Positions 42,929-52,537 of a DNA stretch of 64,000 nucleotides are shown here, one piece after another. Location: contig DYES01000069.1 in NCBI GenBank assembly GCA_020725585.1, forward strand, positions 1,750-65,749, written 5' to 3'. How positions within the stretch are numbered: position 1 is the first letter of the stretch; every line of letters starts with the position of its first letter. Below the pieces are notes generated by a model. That model was not told the DNA's origin and searched no databases. It saw nothing but the letters and a program-made list of their open reading frames with translations. This stretch comes from Desulfovirgula sp. (lineage in GTDB: Bacteria > Bacillota > Desulfotomaculia > Desulfotomaculales > Nap2-2B). A program made the translations under genes and the position numbers.

Positions 42929-43423
42929 TCAGATCACCTTTTGGACGTTGCCCAACATGCGCACGATTACTTTCCCGTCGGCTGTATCCAGAATCATCGT
43001 GCGCCCTTTATTCCCGCCCACTTCTTCAGCTAAAATTTTAATCCCCAACTCCCTTAAGATAGAGCGTGTTTTTTCCACATTGCGCAGCCCGATATTTAAA
43101 ACCATCGAATCGTCCAGTCCGGAAAACATCTGCGCGCCGCCGACCAGTTTAGCCTGCAGTTGTCTGCCTGAGGCCCCCTTTTTTTCCAGTTCCCTGATCA
43201 GAAGCGGAATGCCCAAGTCGGCAAACTTGGCCGGTTTGGTGACGTTATTAAACTGCGTGCTGTCGGGCAGCATCAGGTGAAGCAAACCGCCAATCCTGGT
43301 TAAAGGATCGTAAAGACTGACACCCACGCAGGACCCCAGCCCGAGAGTAACCAGGCGGCCGGGGTTCCTGGCAATTTTATAATCGGCAATACCTACCTGT
43401 ATTTCCAGTTTATCTTCAAACAG
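42929..43423 (-). CDS. cheD: chemoreceptor glutamine deamidase CheD (start codon unresolved)
   Basis: The open frame extends from the TGA at 43430-43432. The conserved N-terminus ([29 protein letters not shown]) lies upstream of the first canonical start (GTG at 43327). Only CTG (43423, 43408), ATA (43402) or ATT codons are available in frame. Confidence 0.72.
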   Translation of the reverse strand: MFEDKLEIQVGIADYKIARNPGRLVTLGLGSCVGVSLYDPLTRIGGLLHLMLPDSTQFNNVTKPAKFADLGIPLLIRELEKKGASGRQLQAKLVGGAQMFSGLDDSMVLNIGLRNVEKTRSILRELGIKILAEEVGGNKGRTMILDTADGKVIVRMLGNVQKVI

Positions 43424-43442
43424 CGTCCTTCACGCCCCTACG

Positions 43443-44225
43443 CTACTTTCTCAAGTTATTGACCTGGTTCCACATCTCCTCCGCGCTTTGGATAATCCGC
43501 AGGCTGAGCTGATAAATCCGCTGCGCCACGAGCAGATTGGCCATCTCCTGGGCAAGTTCGACGTTTGAAGCCTCCAGGCAACCCGGCCGCAAAACGCCAA
43601 ACCCGTCCGACCCCGGCTCCCCCGCCTGCGGTTCCCCGCTGGCCTCCGTAGGAACATAAAGATTTTTTCCATAGGCGCGCAGGCCGCCGGGATTAAAAAA
43701 TTTGTACAGGAACAGGCGCCCGACTTCCTCGGTCGCCCCGCTCTCATCGTGAACCAGGATCTTTCCGTCGAACCCGATGGTTACCTCCCGGCAATTTTCC
43801 GGGATCACCATCGACGGGGCGAGCGGGTGGCCGTTTTCGTCGGTCAGGCGACCGGTTGAGCTTACCTGGAGCCGGCCGTTGCGCGTATAGGCGTATCCCC
43901 CGGCAGGCAATTCCACTCTTAAAAATCCTTCGCCCGCAATGGCTACATCCAGCATGCGCCCTGTCACAATTTGCGCTCCGTCCGAAAAAATCCTGGGCAA
44001 GGCGGCCGCCTTCACGCCTGCACCGTGGGAAGGGCTGACAGAAACCCCCGTTCTTTCCACCGGGCGCCCGGCGGCGTTAATCTCCTGATAGAGCAGGTCG
44101 GCAAAGGTTACCTCTTGTTTTTTAAAGGCCGTTGTGTTTACGTTGGCCAGGTTGTTGGCGACGGTATCCAGCCGCATCTGCTGGGCAATTACCCCCGTGC
44201 GGCCGTTGTCGATCGTGCGCAACAT
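43443..44225 (-). CDS. flgG: flagellar basal-body rod protein FlgG
   Basis: 260 aa. The N-terminal DTVANNLANVNTTAFKK and C-terminal LEASNVELAQEMANLLVAQRIYQ rod/hook family segments are present. Confidence 0.88.
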   Translation of the reverse strand: MLRTIDNGRTGVIAQQMRLDTVANNLANVNTTAFKKQEVTFADLLYQEINAAGRPVERTGVSVSPSHGAGVKAAALPRIFSDGAQIVTGRMLDVAIAGEGFLRVELPAGGYAYTRNGRLQVSSTGRLTDENGHPLAPSMVIPENCREVTIGFDGKILVHDESGATEEVGRLFLYKFFNPGGLRAYGKNLYVPTEASGEPQAGEPGSDGFGVLRPGCLEASNVELAQEMANLLVAQRIYQLSLRIIQSAEEMWNQVNNLRK

Positions 44226-44261
44226 CTTAAATACCCCTCCCGAAGAGTCAGCTTTTAAAAT

Positions 44262-45047
44262 CTACTTCAAACTCCCAACCTGGTTCACCGCCAGGCCGAG
44301 CAAATCGTTATGTGCCTGCAAAACCCGGGAGTTTGCTTCATAAGCTCTAACAACGGCGATCATATTGACTATCTCGGCAGCAACGTGCACGTTCGATTGC
44401 TCCAAAAAACCCTGCCTCACGCCCGGGTTGGCAGCCGGAACCGCCGCGCCCGCCGGGGAAACAAACAAATTATCCCCCGTCTTGTTGAGAACCGTTAGAT
44501 CCGCGAATTCCACCAGACGCAGCCTGTCGATCGCTCCCCGCCCGGCGGTCTGGATAACGCCCTCGCCGGTTACGGAAAATTTCTCCTCGCCGATGTAAAT
44601 GGATCCGTTTTCACCCAGCACTCTTTCCCCCCGCAGGGTAACCAGGTAACCTTCACCATCGACAGTAAAAGCGCCGTCCCTGGTGTACAACTCCCGAAAA
44701 GGCTCTTGTGGGGTAGGTAAGCTGACCACAAAAAAACAGTGCTGGTTCTCTAAGGCCAGGTGGTAAAATTCGCCCGTCTCCTGCAGTAAGCCCGGTGAGA
44801 AGTCGGTAACCGCCCGGTTTATGGCCGCTCCCTGGTTGGTGCGGCCGACCTGTTTCCAGCGGGAAGGGAAATTACCGCTTGTAGCTTGCTGTTTAAACAC
44901 TAAGAAAAGCTGGGGGAAAGGCGATTGCACCATTCTATCTTTTTTATACCCGTTGGTCGTCGCGTTCACTAGATTATTGGAAAATGCGTCTAAACGGGCC
45001 TGCTCCACACCCATTCCCGCCCCGGCGGAATAGATCCCTCTGATCAT
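44262..45047 (-). CDS. flagellar basal-body rod protein (FlgF/FlgG family)
   Basis: 261 aa. Rod-family ends: LDAFSNNLVNATTNGYKK and LEQSNVHVAAEIVNMIAVVRAYEANS. Confidence 0.82.
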   Translation of the reverse strand: MIRGIYSAGAGMGVEQARLDAFSNNLVNATTNGYKKDRMVQSPFPQLFLVFKQQATSGNFPSRWKQVGRTNQGAAINRAVTDFSPGLLQETGEFYHLALENQHCFFVVSLPTPQEPFRELYTRDGAFTVDGEGYLVTLRGERVLGENGSIYIGEEKFSVTGEGVIQTAGRGAIDRLRLVEFADLTVLNKTGDNLFVSPAGAAVPAANPGVRQGFLEQSNVHVAAEIVNMIAVVRAYEANSRVLQAHNDLLGLAVNQVGSLK

Positions 45048-45082
45048 TTCTTGCCCCTCCTTTTTTAACTTATAACGATCCC

Positions 45083-45850
45083 TTATTCCTCCCAGAATAA
45101 CTCCTTGAGCTTTTTGCGCAGCTTGTTGATTGCCCGGGCGTGCAACTGGCAGACACGCGATTCCGAAACCTCCAGGATCTCACCTATTTCCCGCAAGGTG
45201 AGACCCTTCTGGTAATACAGGGAAAGAACGAGCCTGTCCTTTTCATTTAGACTTTCAATTGCCTTCACCAGCAAGTGCCGGTTGTCCTCTTCAGTAACCA
45301 GCTCCAACGGGTCCGGGCTCGTTTCGTCCGAAATGATATCCCCCAGGCGAACTGTTTCACCGCTTGCTGTGGTGGCCATTTCATCCAGAGAAACGGCGTA
45401 GACTCTGCGTGAATGGGCATCCAAACGCCGCACTTCCGTAACTTCCCAGCCTACTTCCCGGGCGATCGCTTCCTCGGTAACGGCTTCGCCCAGGCAATTC
45501 TCCAGCTTCTCCCGCGCTGCCCTAACTGCCTGCAGTTTTTGCCAGATCGTTCGCGGGATCCAGTTCACCCGGCGCAGTTCGTCTAGCATCGCGCCCCTGA
45601 TGCGCATGTAGGCGTAACTCTCAAAATCCCGTCCCATGGCGGGGTCAAATTTGTCAATCGCTTCCAACAGGCCCAGCACGCCGCAGCTTTCCAGGTCTTC
45701 CTGGTTGATCGCCGCGGGCAGGCGCACCGCCAGACGCCCCGCCAGGTACTTGACGAGCCAGAGGTAGGAAATTACCAGCTGCTGCCTTAATTCTTCACTC
45801 TTCGTCTTTTGGTACTGGCTCCAAAGCTGTCCTGTGGACACTGCCATCAC
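45083..45850 (-). CDS. fliA: flagellar sigma factor (FliA/SigD, sigma-28 family)
   Basis: 255 aa. Region 2 (LESCGVLGLLEAIDKFDP...FESYAYMRIRGAMLDELR) and the region 4 HTH (TLREIGEILEVSESRVCQLHARAINKLR). Confidence 0.9.
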   Translation of the reverse strand: MMAVSTGQLWSQYQKTKSEELRQQLVISYLWLVKYLAGRLAVRLPAAINQEDLESCGVLGLLEAIDKFDPAMGRDFESYAYMRIRGAMLDELRRVNWIPRTIWQKLQAVRAAREKLENCLGEAVTEEAIAREVGWEVTEVRRLDAHSRRVYAVSLDEMATTASGETVRLGDIISDETSPDPLELVTEEDNRHLLVKAIESLNEKDRLVLSLYYQKGLTLREIGEILEVSESRVCQLHARAINKLRKKLKELFWEE

Positions 45851-45864
45851 TTCCCGTTGGCGGG

Positions 45865-46521
45865 CTAGGGCCGCAAATGTTTTCGTGCAAGCATCTGGCG
45901 AAAAACAAAACTGACGATGGAATCCTGTTCCGTCCGACTCAACCCCAGAAATTCAATAGCCACCTGGAAGGTTGCCGAACCTTCCGGTTCCACCGGATAC
46001 TGGCGGACAACCCTCCCCGCGGTAGATATTTCCCTGGCCCCCTTTTTAAGGGGCAATGAAAACTTTAAGTGCAATAAAGCGCCTTCCGGGATTTGCTCCT
46101 TCACCGCCAGGCGGATGCCGCCGCCGCTTAAGTCAACACTCACCGCCTTTTTGTACTTAGAACGGTGATCTTTTTCCGGCAGCGGCGCGTAAAGCACCGG
46201 AAGCGCCACCGGAAAACGGACGAACTGGCGCTGCTGGATGCGCTGAATGTTTTCCGGCGGCGTCAGGCGAAACAACGGGATCCGGTCGGTCTTTTTCCCC
46301 AGGCAACGGGTGGTAAAGAGATAACTGGCGCCTTCCGCGGTAAATTTTACCTCCACCTCTTCGCCCGGGTATAGAATCAAAGCGTTTTCTTTCTGGCGTG
46401 GAATCTCAATGAACAATTCACCGTTTTTAATATCCTGAATGGTAGACAAAAACCATTGCTTTTCTCCCCTGCGGGCGACCATAATTTTTTTTCTTATTTT
46501 AAGTTCGGGGAAAACAGCCAA
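45865..46521 (-). CDS. PilZ-domain protein (YcgR/MotI-like c-di-GMP flagellar brake candidate)
   Basis: 218 aa. PilZ motifs RQFVRFPV (RxxxR) and DLSGGGIRL (DxSxxG). It sits between flhG and fliA. Confidence 0.8.
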   Translation of the reverse strand: MAVFPELKIRKKIMVARRGEKQWFLSTIQDIKNGELFIEIPRQKENALILYPGEEVEVKFTAEGASYLFTTRCLGKKTDRIPLFRLTPPENIQRIQQRQFVRFPVALPVLYAPLPEKDHRSKYKKAVSVDLSGGGIRLAVKEQIPEGALLHLKFSLPLKKGAREISTAGRVVRQYPVEPEGSATFQVAIEFLGLSRTEQDSIVSFVFRQMLARKHLRP

Positions 46522-46532
46522 GAAAAATCACC

Positions 46533-47378
46533 CTAACGGAAAAAACGCATTATTCTTTGCAAAAACCCTTGAAAAGCGCTCTCTTGCCGAACAGGCGGGC
46601 AACCGTCCACCAGGCGCCGGGCAATCAGCCCGATATTCGCGGCCGGCGGGCTTTGCGGCTCAAAGAGGATAAATGGCTGCTGCCTTTTGACCGCTCTGGT
46701 TACCGCCCTGTGTTCATATATGGAGCCAAGGTGAACTAGTTCAATCTCCAAAAAACGGTTGGCCACCGCCGAAATTCTCTGCGCGGCAGCAGCCGCTTCT
46801 CGTTCGTGCTCGGCGCGGTTCACCACCAGCAGAACCTGCCGGTGAACCTGAAATTTCGATAAGATCTTAATCAGACTATAGGCATCGGTCAGAGAAGTGG
46901 GCTCCGGGGTAATCATAACAATTACCTCTTCCGCCGCTGCGACAAACCCCAACACGTTTCGGGAAATTCCCGCCCCGGTATCAATCAGGACAAAATCCGC
47001 TTCTTCGAAAAAAACCAGCGCATCAATAATTTTTTGCTGCTGCCGGCTGTTCAGGTTGGCCAGCTCCAAAAATCCTGAACCGCCGGAAACAATCTGCACT
47101 CCTAAAGGAGCGGGTGTTAATATTTCATCAATTTCTTTCGTTCCGTACAAGCAGTCATAGAGGGTAAAAAGGGGTGTCACGCCCATTAAAACTTCTACGT
47201 TGGCCAGACCCAGGTCGGCGTCTAGAATGACTACCCGCCTGCCCAGGCGGGCCAGGGCCAAAGACAGGTTTACCACCAGACTTGTTTTGCCGACTCCACC
47301 CTTGCCGCTCGTGACGGCGATTACTCTTGCTCCCCGTTGATTGCCTCGCTCAGAGTTTAATTTCAAAAGCGCGCTCAT
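46533..47378 (-). CDS. flhG: MinD/ParA-type ATPase FlhG (YlxH)
   Basis: The ORF runs 46533-47444. The likely start is the ATG at 47378 (MSALLKLN). It has the deviant Walker A VIAVTSGKGGVGKTS. Confidence 0.88.
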   Translation of the reverse strand: MSALLKLNSERGNQRGARVIAVTSGKGGVGKTSLVVNLSLALARLGRRVVILDADLGLANVEVLMGVTPLFTLYDCLYGTKEIDEILTPAPLGVQIVSGGSGFLELANLNSRQQQKIIDALVFFEEADFVLIDTGAGISRNVLGFVAAAEEVIVMITPEPTSLTDAYSLIKILSKFQVHRQVLLVVNRAEHEREAAAAAQRISAVANRFLEIELVHLGSIYEHRAVTRAVKRQQPFILFEPQSPPAANIGLIARRLVDGCPPVRQESAFQGFLQRIMRFFR

Positions 47379-48477
47379 GAACCTCCTGGGCTCCCTTAAG
47401 CAGCATCTCGGCCAGCTTGCGCGGTTCCACCGGCCAGAGATCATCCGGTATAGTTAAACCGCAGGCAAGGTAAGAAACGGGCTTCCCCGTATAGCAAACG
47501 GCGTTCAGCAATGAACCGTAAGTCTGGGTTTCATCCAGCTTGGTAAAGATCATTTGGGAAAAATCCAGCCGGTTAAAATCAGAGATTACCTGGTAAAGAT
47601 CCCTGTTTTTGGTCGCACAACTTAAGACCAGAAAAACATCCTTAGGCTGGTCGAGGACATCCAAAAAACTTTTCAGTCTCAACATCTGCGCGGCATTTTT
47701 CGAAGGGATGCCTGCCGTGTCCACGAGAATCATCTCTTTATCCTGGTGGTTGTGCACCGCCGCCGCCAGCTCCGCTGGAGTCGTCGCCGCTTCCACAGGA
47801 GCTTTGGCCAGCTGCGTTAACGCTTTGAGTTCTTCTACCGCGTGCCAGGGGCTGGGGGAAACGCTGATCAGGGCCACCCTTTTTTGTTCAAACGCCGCCA
47901 GCCTGGTGGCCAGCTTAGCAAGGGTAAACGTTTTTCCCACCCCGGTAGGTCCGACAAATACGTAAAGCGAACTATTTGGTTCTTTGCCATAAACAGATTC
48001 CACGAGCGAAGTTGCTTTTCTTTTCATTACTAATCCAACGTACTCGTCGGGGTCGAGGTCGCCGGTTTCCGGAACTTCATTTTTTAGATCCTGAAGAAGG
48101 AGGTCAATGACTTTTTCTTCCACATCCATATTCAAAAGGCGTTTCCGCCAGGCTTCTAGATAATTCATAGTAAACTCCCTCTGTTTTAAAATAAGATGAA
48201 ATTTTTGACCATATTCTTTCTGAGGAGCCGGCAGGTCAGAGCCTGCGCAAGGGATGAGCCGTTTTTGTCCGCCGTCTAACGAAAACTTTTTCGCTCCAAG
48301 GCCCTGGTCATCGTCCACGGCAGCCGTAACCTCCAGCTGGCGCGGACCGAAAAAGTCCTTCAAACTTCTTCTCGGCAGCGGATAACTGCTGATAATCACC
48401 GCTTCCGGGCCTAAATCTTCTCTAATCAGCTGCATGGCCTCATTCATTTCCCGGACGATATACTTTTTAATCTTCAT
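47350..48477 (-). CDS. flhF: SRP-type GTPase FlhF
   Basis: 375 aa. G-domain motifs FVGPTGVGKTFTLAKLA, LVDTAG and TKLDET. Confidence 0.9.
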   Translation of the reverse strand: MKIKKYIVREMNEAMQLIREDLGPEAVIISSYPLPRRSLKDFFGPRQLEVTAAVDDDQGLGAKKFSLDGGQKRLIPCAGSDLPAPQKEYGQKFHLILKQREFTMNYLEAWRKRLLNMDVEEKVIDLLLQDLKNEVPETGDLDPDEYVGLVMKRKATSLVESVYGKEPNSSLYVFVGPTGVGKTFTLAKLATRLAAFEQKRVALISVSPSPWHAVEELKALTQLAKAPVEAATTPAELAAAVHNHQDKEMILVDTAGIPSKNAAQMLRLKSFLDVLDQPKDVFLVLSCATKNRDLYQVISDFNRLDFSQMIFTKLDETQTYGSLLNAVCYTGKPVSYLACGLTIPDDLWPVEPRKLAEMLLKGAQEVHERAFEIKL

Positions 48478-50564
48478 GACTCCATATTCACCGTCCCAAC
48501 CACCTCTACTTCTATATTCGGCGCAATCTCATTTAATGATAAGATCACCAGACCCGGCAGGTAACGTTCCGTAAATTTGCGGAAGGGCAATCTTGTCCGC
48601 GGAGAACACAAAAGGACCGCCCTGCCAGTTCGCTGCACCATTTTTTCATAAGCCGCCTTCACCTTTTCTAAAATCTGCCGCGCCAGGCTAGGCTCCAGGA
48701 CCGGGTAAGAACCCATTTGAGTTTGCTGGAGAGAATCAACAATTAATTGTTCCAGCCTGGGATGAAGAGTAATTACCTCCAGCTTATTCTGCGCGCCAAG
48801 GAAAAGCCGGGTGATCGTCCGGGCCAGGGCGGCGCGTACGTACTCGGTCAAAAAATCCACGTCTTTGGAGATCCGGGCTCCGTCGGCCAGGGCTTCCAGA
48901 ATAGTAACCAAGTCGCGCAGGGGAATGCCTTCTTTTAACAGATTTTGCAGCACCTTCTGGATCTCCCCCAGGGATAATAAATCGGGGGTGAGCTCTTCAA
49001 CAACCGCGGGATCCTTTTCTTTTACGGCTTCCAGCAGCTCCTTTACCTCCTGCCGCCCCAAGAGCACGTGGGCGTTTGCCTTGATGAATTCGGTCAGGTG
49101 CGTGACCAAAACGGTAGAGAGATCGACCACCGTAAAACCGGCCATCTCCAACCTTTCCCGTTCGCTGGCAGGTACCCACCAGGCCGACAGGCCAAAGGTC
49201 GGCTCTTTGGTGGGAATCCCCGGTACATCCTGCACCTGCCCGGAGGGGTCCATGGCCAGATAATAGCCGGGCAGCAGTTCGCCGGAAGCACCCTGCTCCC
49301 CGCGGAGCCTAAACACGTAGGCATTCGGAGGCAGGCTCAAATTGTCCCTGATCCGGATGGGCCGCACGTAAATACCCAGTTCTACCGCGCACTGCCGGCG
49401 CACCGCCGCCAGGCGGGCCAGCAAATCGCCCCCCTGGCTTTCATCGGTAAGGGGAATGAGGTTGTAGCCAATTTCAATCTGGAGGGGGTCCACCTGAAAA
49501 TACGTCGTCACATTTTCCGGCTGCTTGCTTTTCTCCTGCATCTGCCGCTTGACCAGGGCTTCCTGCCGGGCAAGCTCGTAACGCTGCTTGCTCCGGCTTA
49601 AATTGTAGCCGACCAGGCCCGTCCCCGCCGCCAGGGCCAAAAAAACCAGGTGGGGCATGGCAGGAAACAGGGCGAGGAGAAATAAAACTCCTGCCACCAG
49701 AAAAAGTATTTTCGGAAAGGCGGTAAACTGGCGGGACAGCTCCGTGCCGAAATTGGCATCGGAAGTGGCCCGGGTCACCAGGATGCCTGCCGCCGTAGAA
49801 ATCAACACGGCCGGCACCTGGGTGACCAACCCGTCGCCGATGGTAAGGATCGTGTAGGTCCGTAAAGCTTCCGACACGGGCATCCCTTTTTGCAAAGTGC
49901 CGATGGCCAGGCCGCCGATAATGTTAATTAGCGTGATAATCACCCCGGCAATGGCGTCGCCGCGCACAAACTTGCTGGCCCCGTCCATGGCGCCAAAAAA
50001 GTCCGCTTCCCGCTGCAGACGGCGCCTTTTTTCCCTGGCTTCGGGTTCGCTGATCAGGCCGGCGTTAAACTCCGCGTCGATACTCATCTGTTTTCCGGGC
50101 ATGGCGTCCAGCGTGAAGCGGGCCGCCACCTCGGCCACCCGGCCGGCTCCGCTGGTGATGACCACAAACTGGATCACGGTGATGATGATAAAGACAATAA
50201 ACCCGACTATATAGCTGCTGCCGACCACAACGTGACCGAAGGCGTCGATCACCTTGCCGGCGTAGGCCTGGCCCAGGATCAGCCGGGTCGAGGAAATATT
50301 CAAAGCCAGGCGGTAAAGGGTGGTCACCAGCAAAAGCGCCGGGAATACGGAAAACTGCAGGGGCTCAGTGGTAAACATGGTGATCAAAAGAATCACCAGG
50401 CCCAGCGTGATGCTGATGGAAAGCAGGACGTCCAGCGCCAGCGGGGGCATGGGAAAGATGATCATAAGCACGATGCCGACGATCAGGCCGGCGATGGCCA
50501 GGTCGGTATGCGCTTTGACGCGTTTGCGTATTTGCGCCTGCATTGGGGTAGGCATTGTCGCCAA
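48474..50564 (-). CDS. flhA: flagellar export apparatus protein FlhA
   Basis: 696 aa. The FHIPEP family N-terminal TM domain (FPALLLVTTLYRLALNISSTRLIL) and the cytoplasmic C-terminal domain are both present. Confidence 0.95.
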   Translation of the reverse strand: MATMPTPMQAQIRKRVKAHTDLAIAGLIVGIVLMIIFPMPPLALDVLLSISITLGLVILLITMFTTEPLQFSVFPALLLVTTLYRLALNISSTRLILGQAYAGKVIDAFGHVVVGSSYIVGFIVFIIITVIQFVVITSGAGRVAEVAARFTLDAMPGKQMSIDAEFNAGLISEPEAREKRRRLQREADFFGAMDGASKFVRGDAIAGVIITLINIIGGLAIGTLQKGMPVSEALRTYTILTIGDGLVTQVPAVLISTAAGILVTRATSDANFGTELSRQFTAFPKILFLVAGVLFLLALFPAMPHLVFLALAAGTGLVGYNLSRSKQRYELARQEALVKRQMQEKSKQPENVTTYFQVDPLQIEIGYNLIPLTDESQGGDLLARLAAVRRQCAVELGIYVRPIRIRDNLSLPPNAYVFRLRGEQGASGELLPGYYLAMDPSGQVQDVPGIPTKEPTFGLSAWWVPASERERLEMAGFTVVDLSTVLVTHLTEFIKANAHVLLGRQEVKELLEAVKEKDPAVVEELTPDLLSLGEIQKVLQNLLKEGIPLRDLVTILEALADGARISKDVDFLTEYVRAALARTITRLFLGAQNKLEVITLHPRLEQLIVDSLQQTQMGSYPVLEPSLARQILEKVKAAYEKMVQRTGRAVLLCSPRTRLPFRKFTERYLPGLVILSLNEIAPNIEVEVVGTVNMES

Positions 50565-50661
50565 GTGCCTCCTATCTCAAAATATTCCCCGGGCCGTTTT
50601 AAATCCGGCGCCGCTCCGGTGCTCAAGGCCGGCCGGACTAAACTAATAGCAGACCTCGCTC

Positions 50662-51741
50662 CTAAACCACCCGCCTTTTGCTCCCTTGCAGCCGATACAC
50701 GAAGGCCAATATCTCGGCCACGGCCTGGTATAGCTCTACCGGGATTTGCTGCCCGACTTCCACCTGGTAATAAAGAACGCGGGCCACTTCCGGATTGGTG
50801 ATTACCGGAACATCATTTTCGGCGGCTATTTTTCTGATTTGCCAGGCAAGATCGCCGGCGCCCTTGGCTGTTACCACAGGAGCTTCCATTTCGTTTTCCT
50901 CGTAACGCAGGGCGACAGCCAGGTGGATGGGGTTAGTCACCACCACCGTCGCCCGCGGCACTTCGGTGCGAATGAGGTTCATGGCAATTTGCCGCTGGCG
51001 GCGGCGCTGCCAGGATTTAATCAGGGGGTCGCCTTCCGTATGTTTCAACTCTTCTTTAACTTCCTGCCTGGTCATGCGCAGCCCCCGCATATACTCCCAG
51101 CGCTGGTAAAAAAGATCTGCTAACGACAGGACCAGATAGGCGCCCCCGGCCGCCGCGAACACATTTAAAAAAACCTTCGCCACGATACTGAAAGCTGTGC
51201 CCGGAACATGATTAAAAAGCAGCAACAGGACCGGCAGATAAGACTTCACCACAGAAAAGCTGACGACAGCCACAAGAATCACTTTCAAAAGGCTTTTCGT
51301 CAGTTCCACCAGGCTGCGCAGGCTGAAAATCCGCCGCAGGCCATTGATTGGATTTAATCTTTCCAGGGAAGGACTGATCACGTCCGGGGCAAAGATAAAA
51401 CCAGTCTGGAACAAATGGACGGCCAGCGCCGAACCCAGCAGAAGAATGATGTACGGCAAAAACAGAATGGCCACAGACCCTAAAAAATTAAATATTACCC
51501 GCCATAAATGCTGCTCATCAAGACCGAAACGAAAACTATTGCTAAAATACCAGTGCAGGCTGCGTTCAGCATCCTTTAACGCCGTGTTGAGCATTAAAAA
51601 ACCCAGCAAGACGGCGACCATGAGCACAACCGCCGCCGAGAAATCGCGGCTCTTGGCCACCTGCCCTTTGCGCCTGGCCTCCTGCAAACGCCGGGGGGTA
51701 GGCGCTTCCGTTTTTTGCTGGGCCGAATCGCGGTAAGCCAT
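50662..51741 (-). CDS. flhB: flagellar export switch protein FlhB
   Basis: 359 aa. N-terminal QQKTEAPTPRRLQEARRKGQVAKSRD. The autocleavage region reads VVVTNPIHLAVALRY (canonical NPTH). Confidence 0.93.
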   Translation of the reverse strand: MAYRDSAQQKTEAPTPRRLQEARRKGQVAKSRDFSAAVVLMVAVLLGFLMLNTALKDAERSLHWYFSNSFRFGLDEQHLWRVIFNFLGSVAILFLPYIILLLGSALAVHLFQTGFIFAPDVISPSLERLNPINGLRRIFSLRSLVELTKSLLKVILVAVVSFSVVKSYLPVLLLLFNHVPGTAFSIVAKVFLNVFAAAGGAYLVLSLADLFYQRWEYMRGLRMTRQEVKEELKHTEGDPLIKSWQRRRQRQIAMNLIRTEVPRATVVVTNPIHLAVALRYEENEMEAPVVTAKGAGDLAWQIRKIAAENDVPVITNPEVARVLYYQVEVGQQIPVELYQAVAEILAFVYRLQGSKRRVV

Positions 51742-51744
51742 AAA

Positions 51745-52512
51745 TCAAGCCAATCCCTTCAAGATGATCAACAAGTTGCGCTCGAGCATATTGACCAGAG
51801 CGCGAAAAACCACGCCCATTAAAGGAACCAGCATACTTAAAATAAAAATTCCCAATCCCACTTTCACCGGAAAACCGAGCATGAAAATATTCATCTCGGG
51901 CGACGTACGGCCTAAAATCCCCAGGCAAATATCGATAATCAACACTACGGCGATTACCGGCGCGGCGATCTGCACCGCCAGGGCAATAATCTGGGCAAAA
52001 AGGCGAATCCCGGACATCGCCGCCGATCCTTTTAAAGCAGCGCCCAGTGCCGGTACGATATCATAGCTTCTGGCCAGGCCGGCCAGCATCACGTGGTGGC
52101 CGTCCAGGGTGAGAAAAAGCACCATCCCCAGGAAAAAGAGAAATCTGGAGGCAATTGTTGCCTGCGCACCGGTAGTGGGATCAAAGATATAGGACATAAA
52201 AAACCCCATTTGAACATCCATCAGCTGCCCGGCGATGGTCAAACTATGAAAAACCAGGCTGCAAATAAAGCCCAAAACAAGGCCCACACAGGCTTCCTGC
52301 GCGATGGCCAGGCCGTAACCCCCCGGCCCTCCGGAGAAATCCGCAAGAGGAATGTCGAGCACGGGAAAAAGCAAAACCGTCAGCACAAAAGCGAACCCTA
52401 CTTTGGCCAGGCGAGGGATATTGGGCAGCCAGAACAGCGGGCCGGCCGCCAAAAAAGCGCTTACCCTGGTAAAGACGAGTAAAAAAGCTGCTGCCTGTTC
52501 ATAGTTAAGCAA
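51745..52512 (-). CDS. fliR: flagellar export apparatus protein FliR
   Basis: 255 aa polytopic membrane protein. FLLVFTRVSAFLAAGPLF is FliR-like, and it sits in the expected fliP-fliQ-fliR-flhB order. Confidence 0.9.
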   Translation of the reverse strand: MLNYEQAAAFLLVFTRVSAFLAAGPLFWLPNIPRLAKVGFAFVLTVLLFPVLDIPLADFSGGPGGYGLAIAQEACVGLVLGFICSLVFHSLTIAGQLMDVQMGFFMSYIFDPTTGAQATIASRFLFFLGMVLFLTLDGHHVMLAGLARSYDIVPALGAALKGSAAMSGIRLFAQIIALAVQIAAPVIAVVLIIDICLGILGRTSPEMNIFMLGFPVKVGLGIFILSMLVPLMGVVFRALVNMLERNLLIILKGLA

Positions 52513-52537
52513 AAACTGCTCCCCCCATCCGCGGCCC

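Noticed and set aside
43385-43415. Sigma-28 (SigD-type) promoter suggested by GCCGATTA within the cheD 5' region.
   Set aside because: The nearest upstream TAAA is about 21 nt away rather than the ~15-nt spacing of the TAAA-N15-GCCGATAT consensus, and the sequence lies inside conserved CheD coding sequence.
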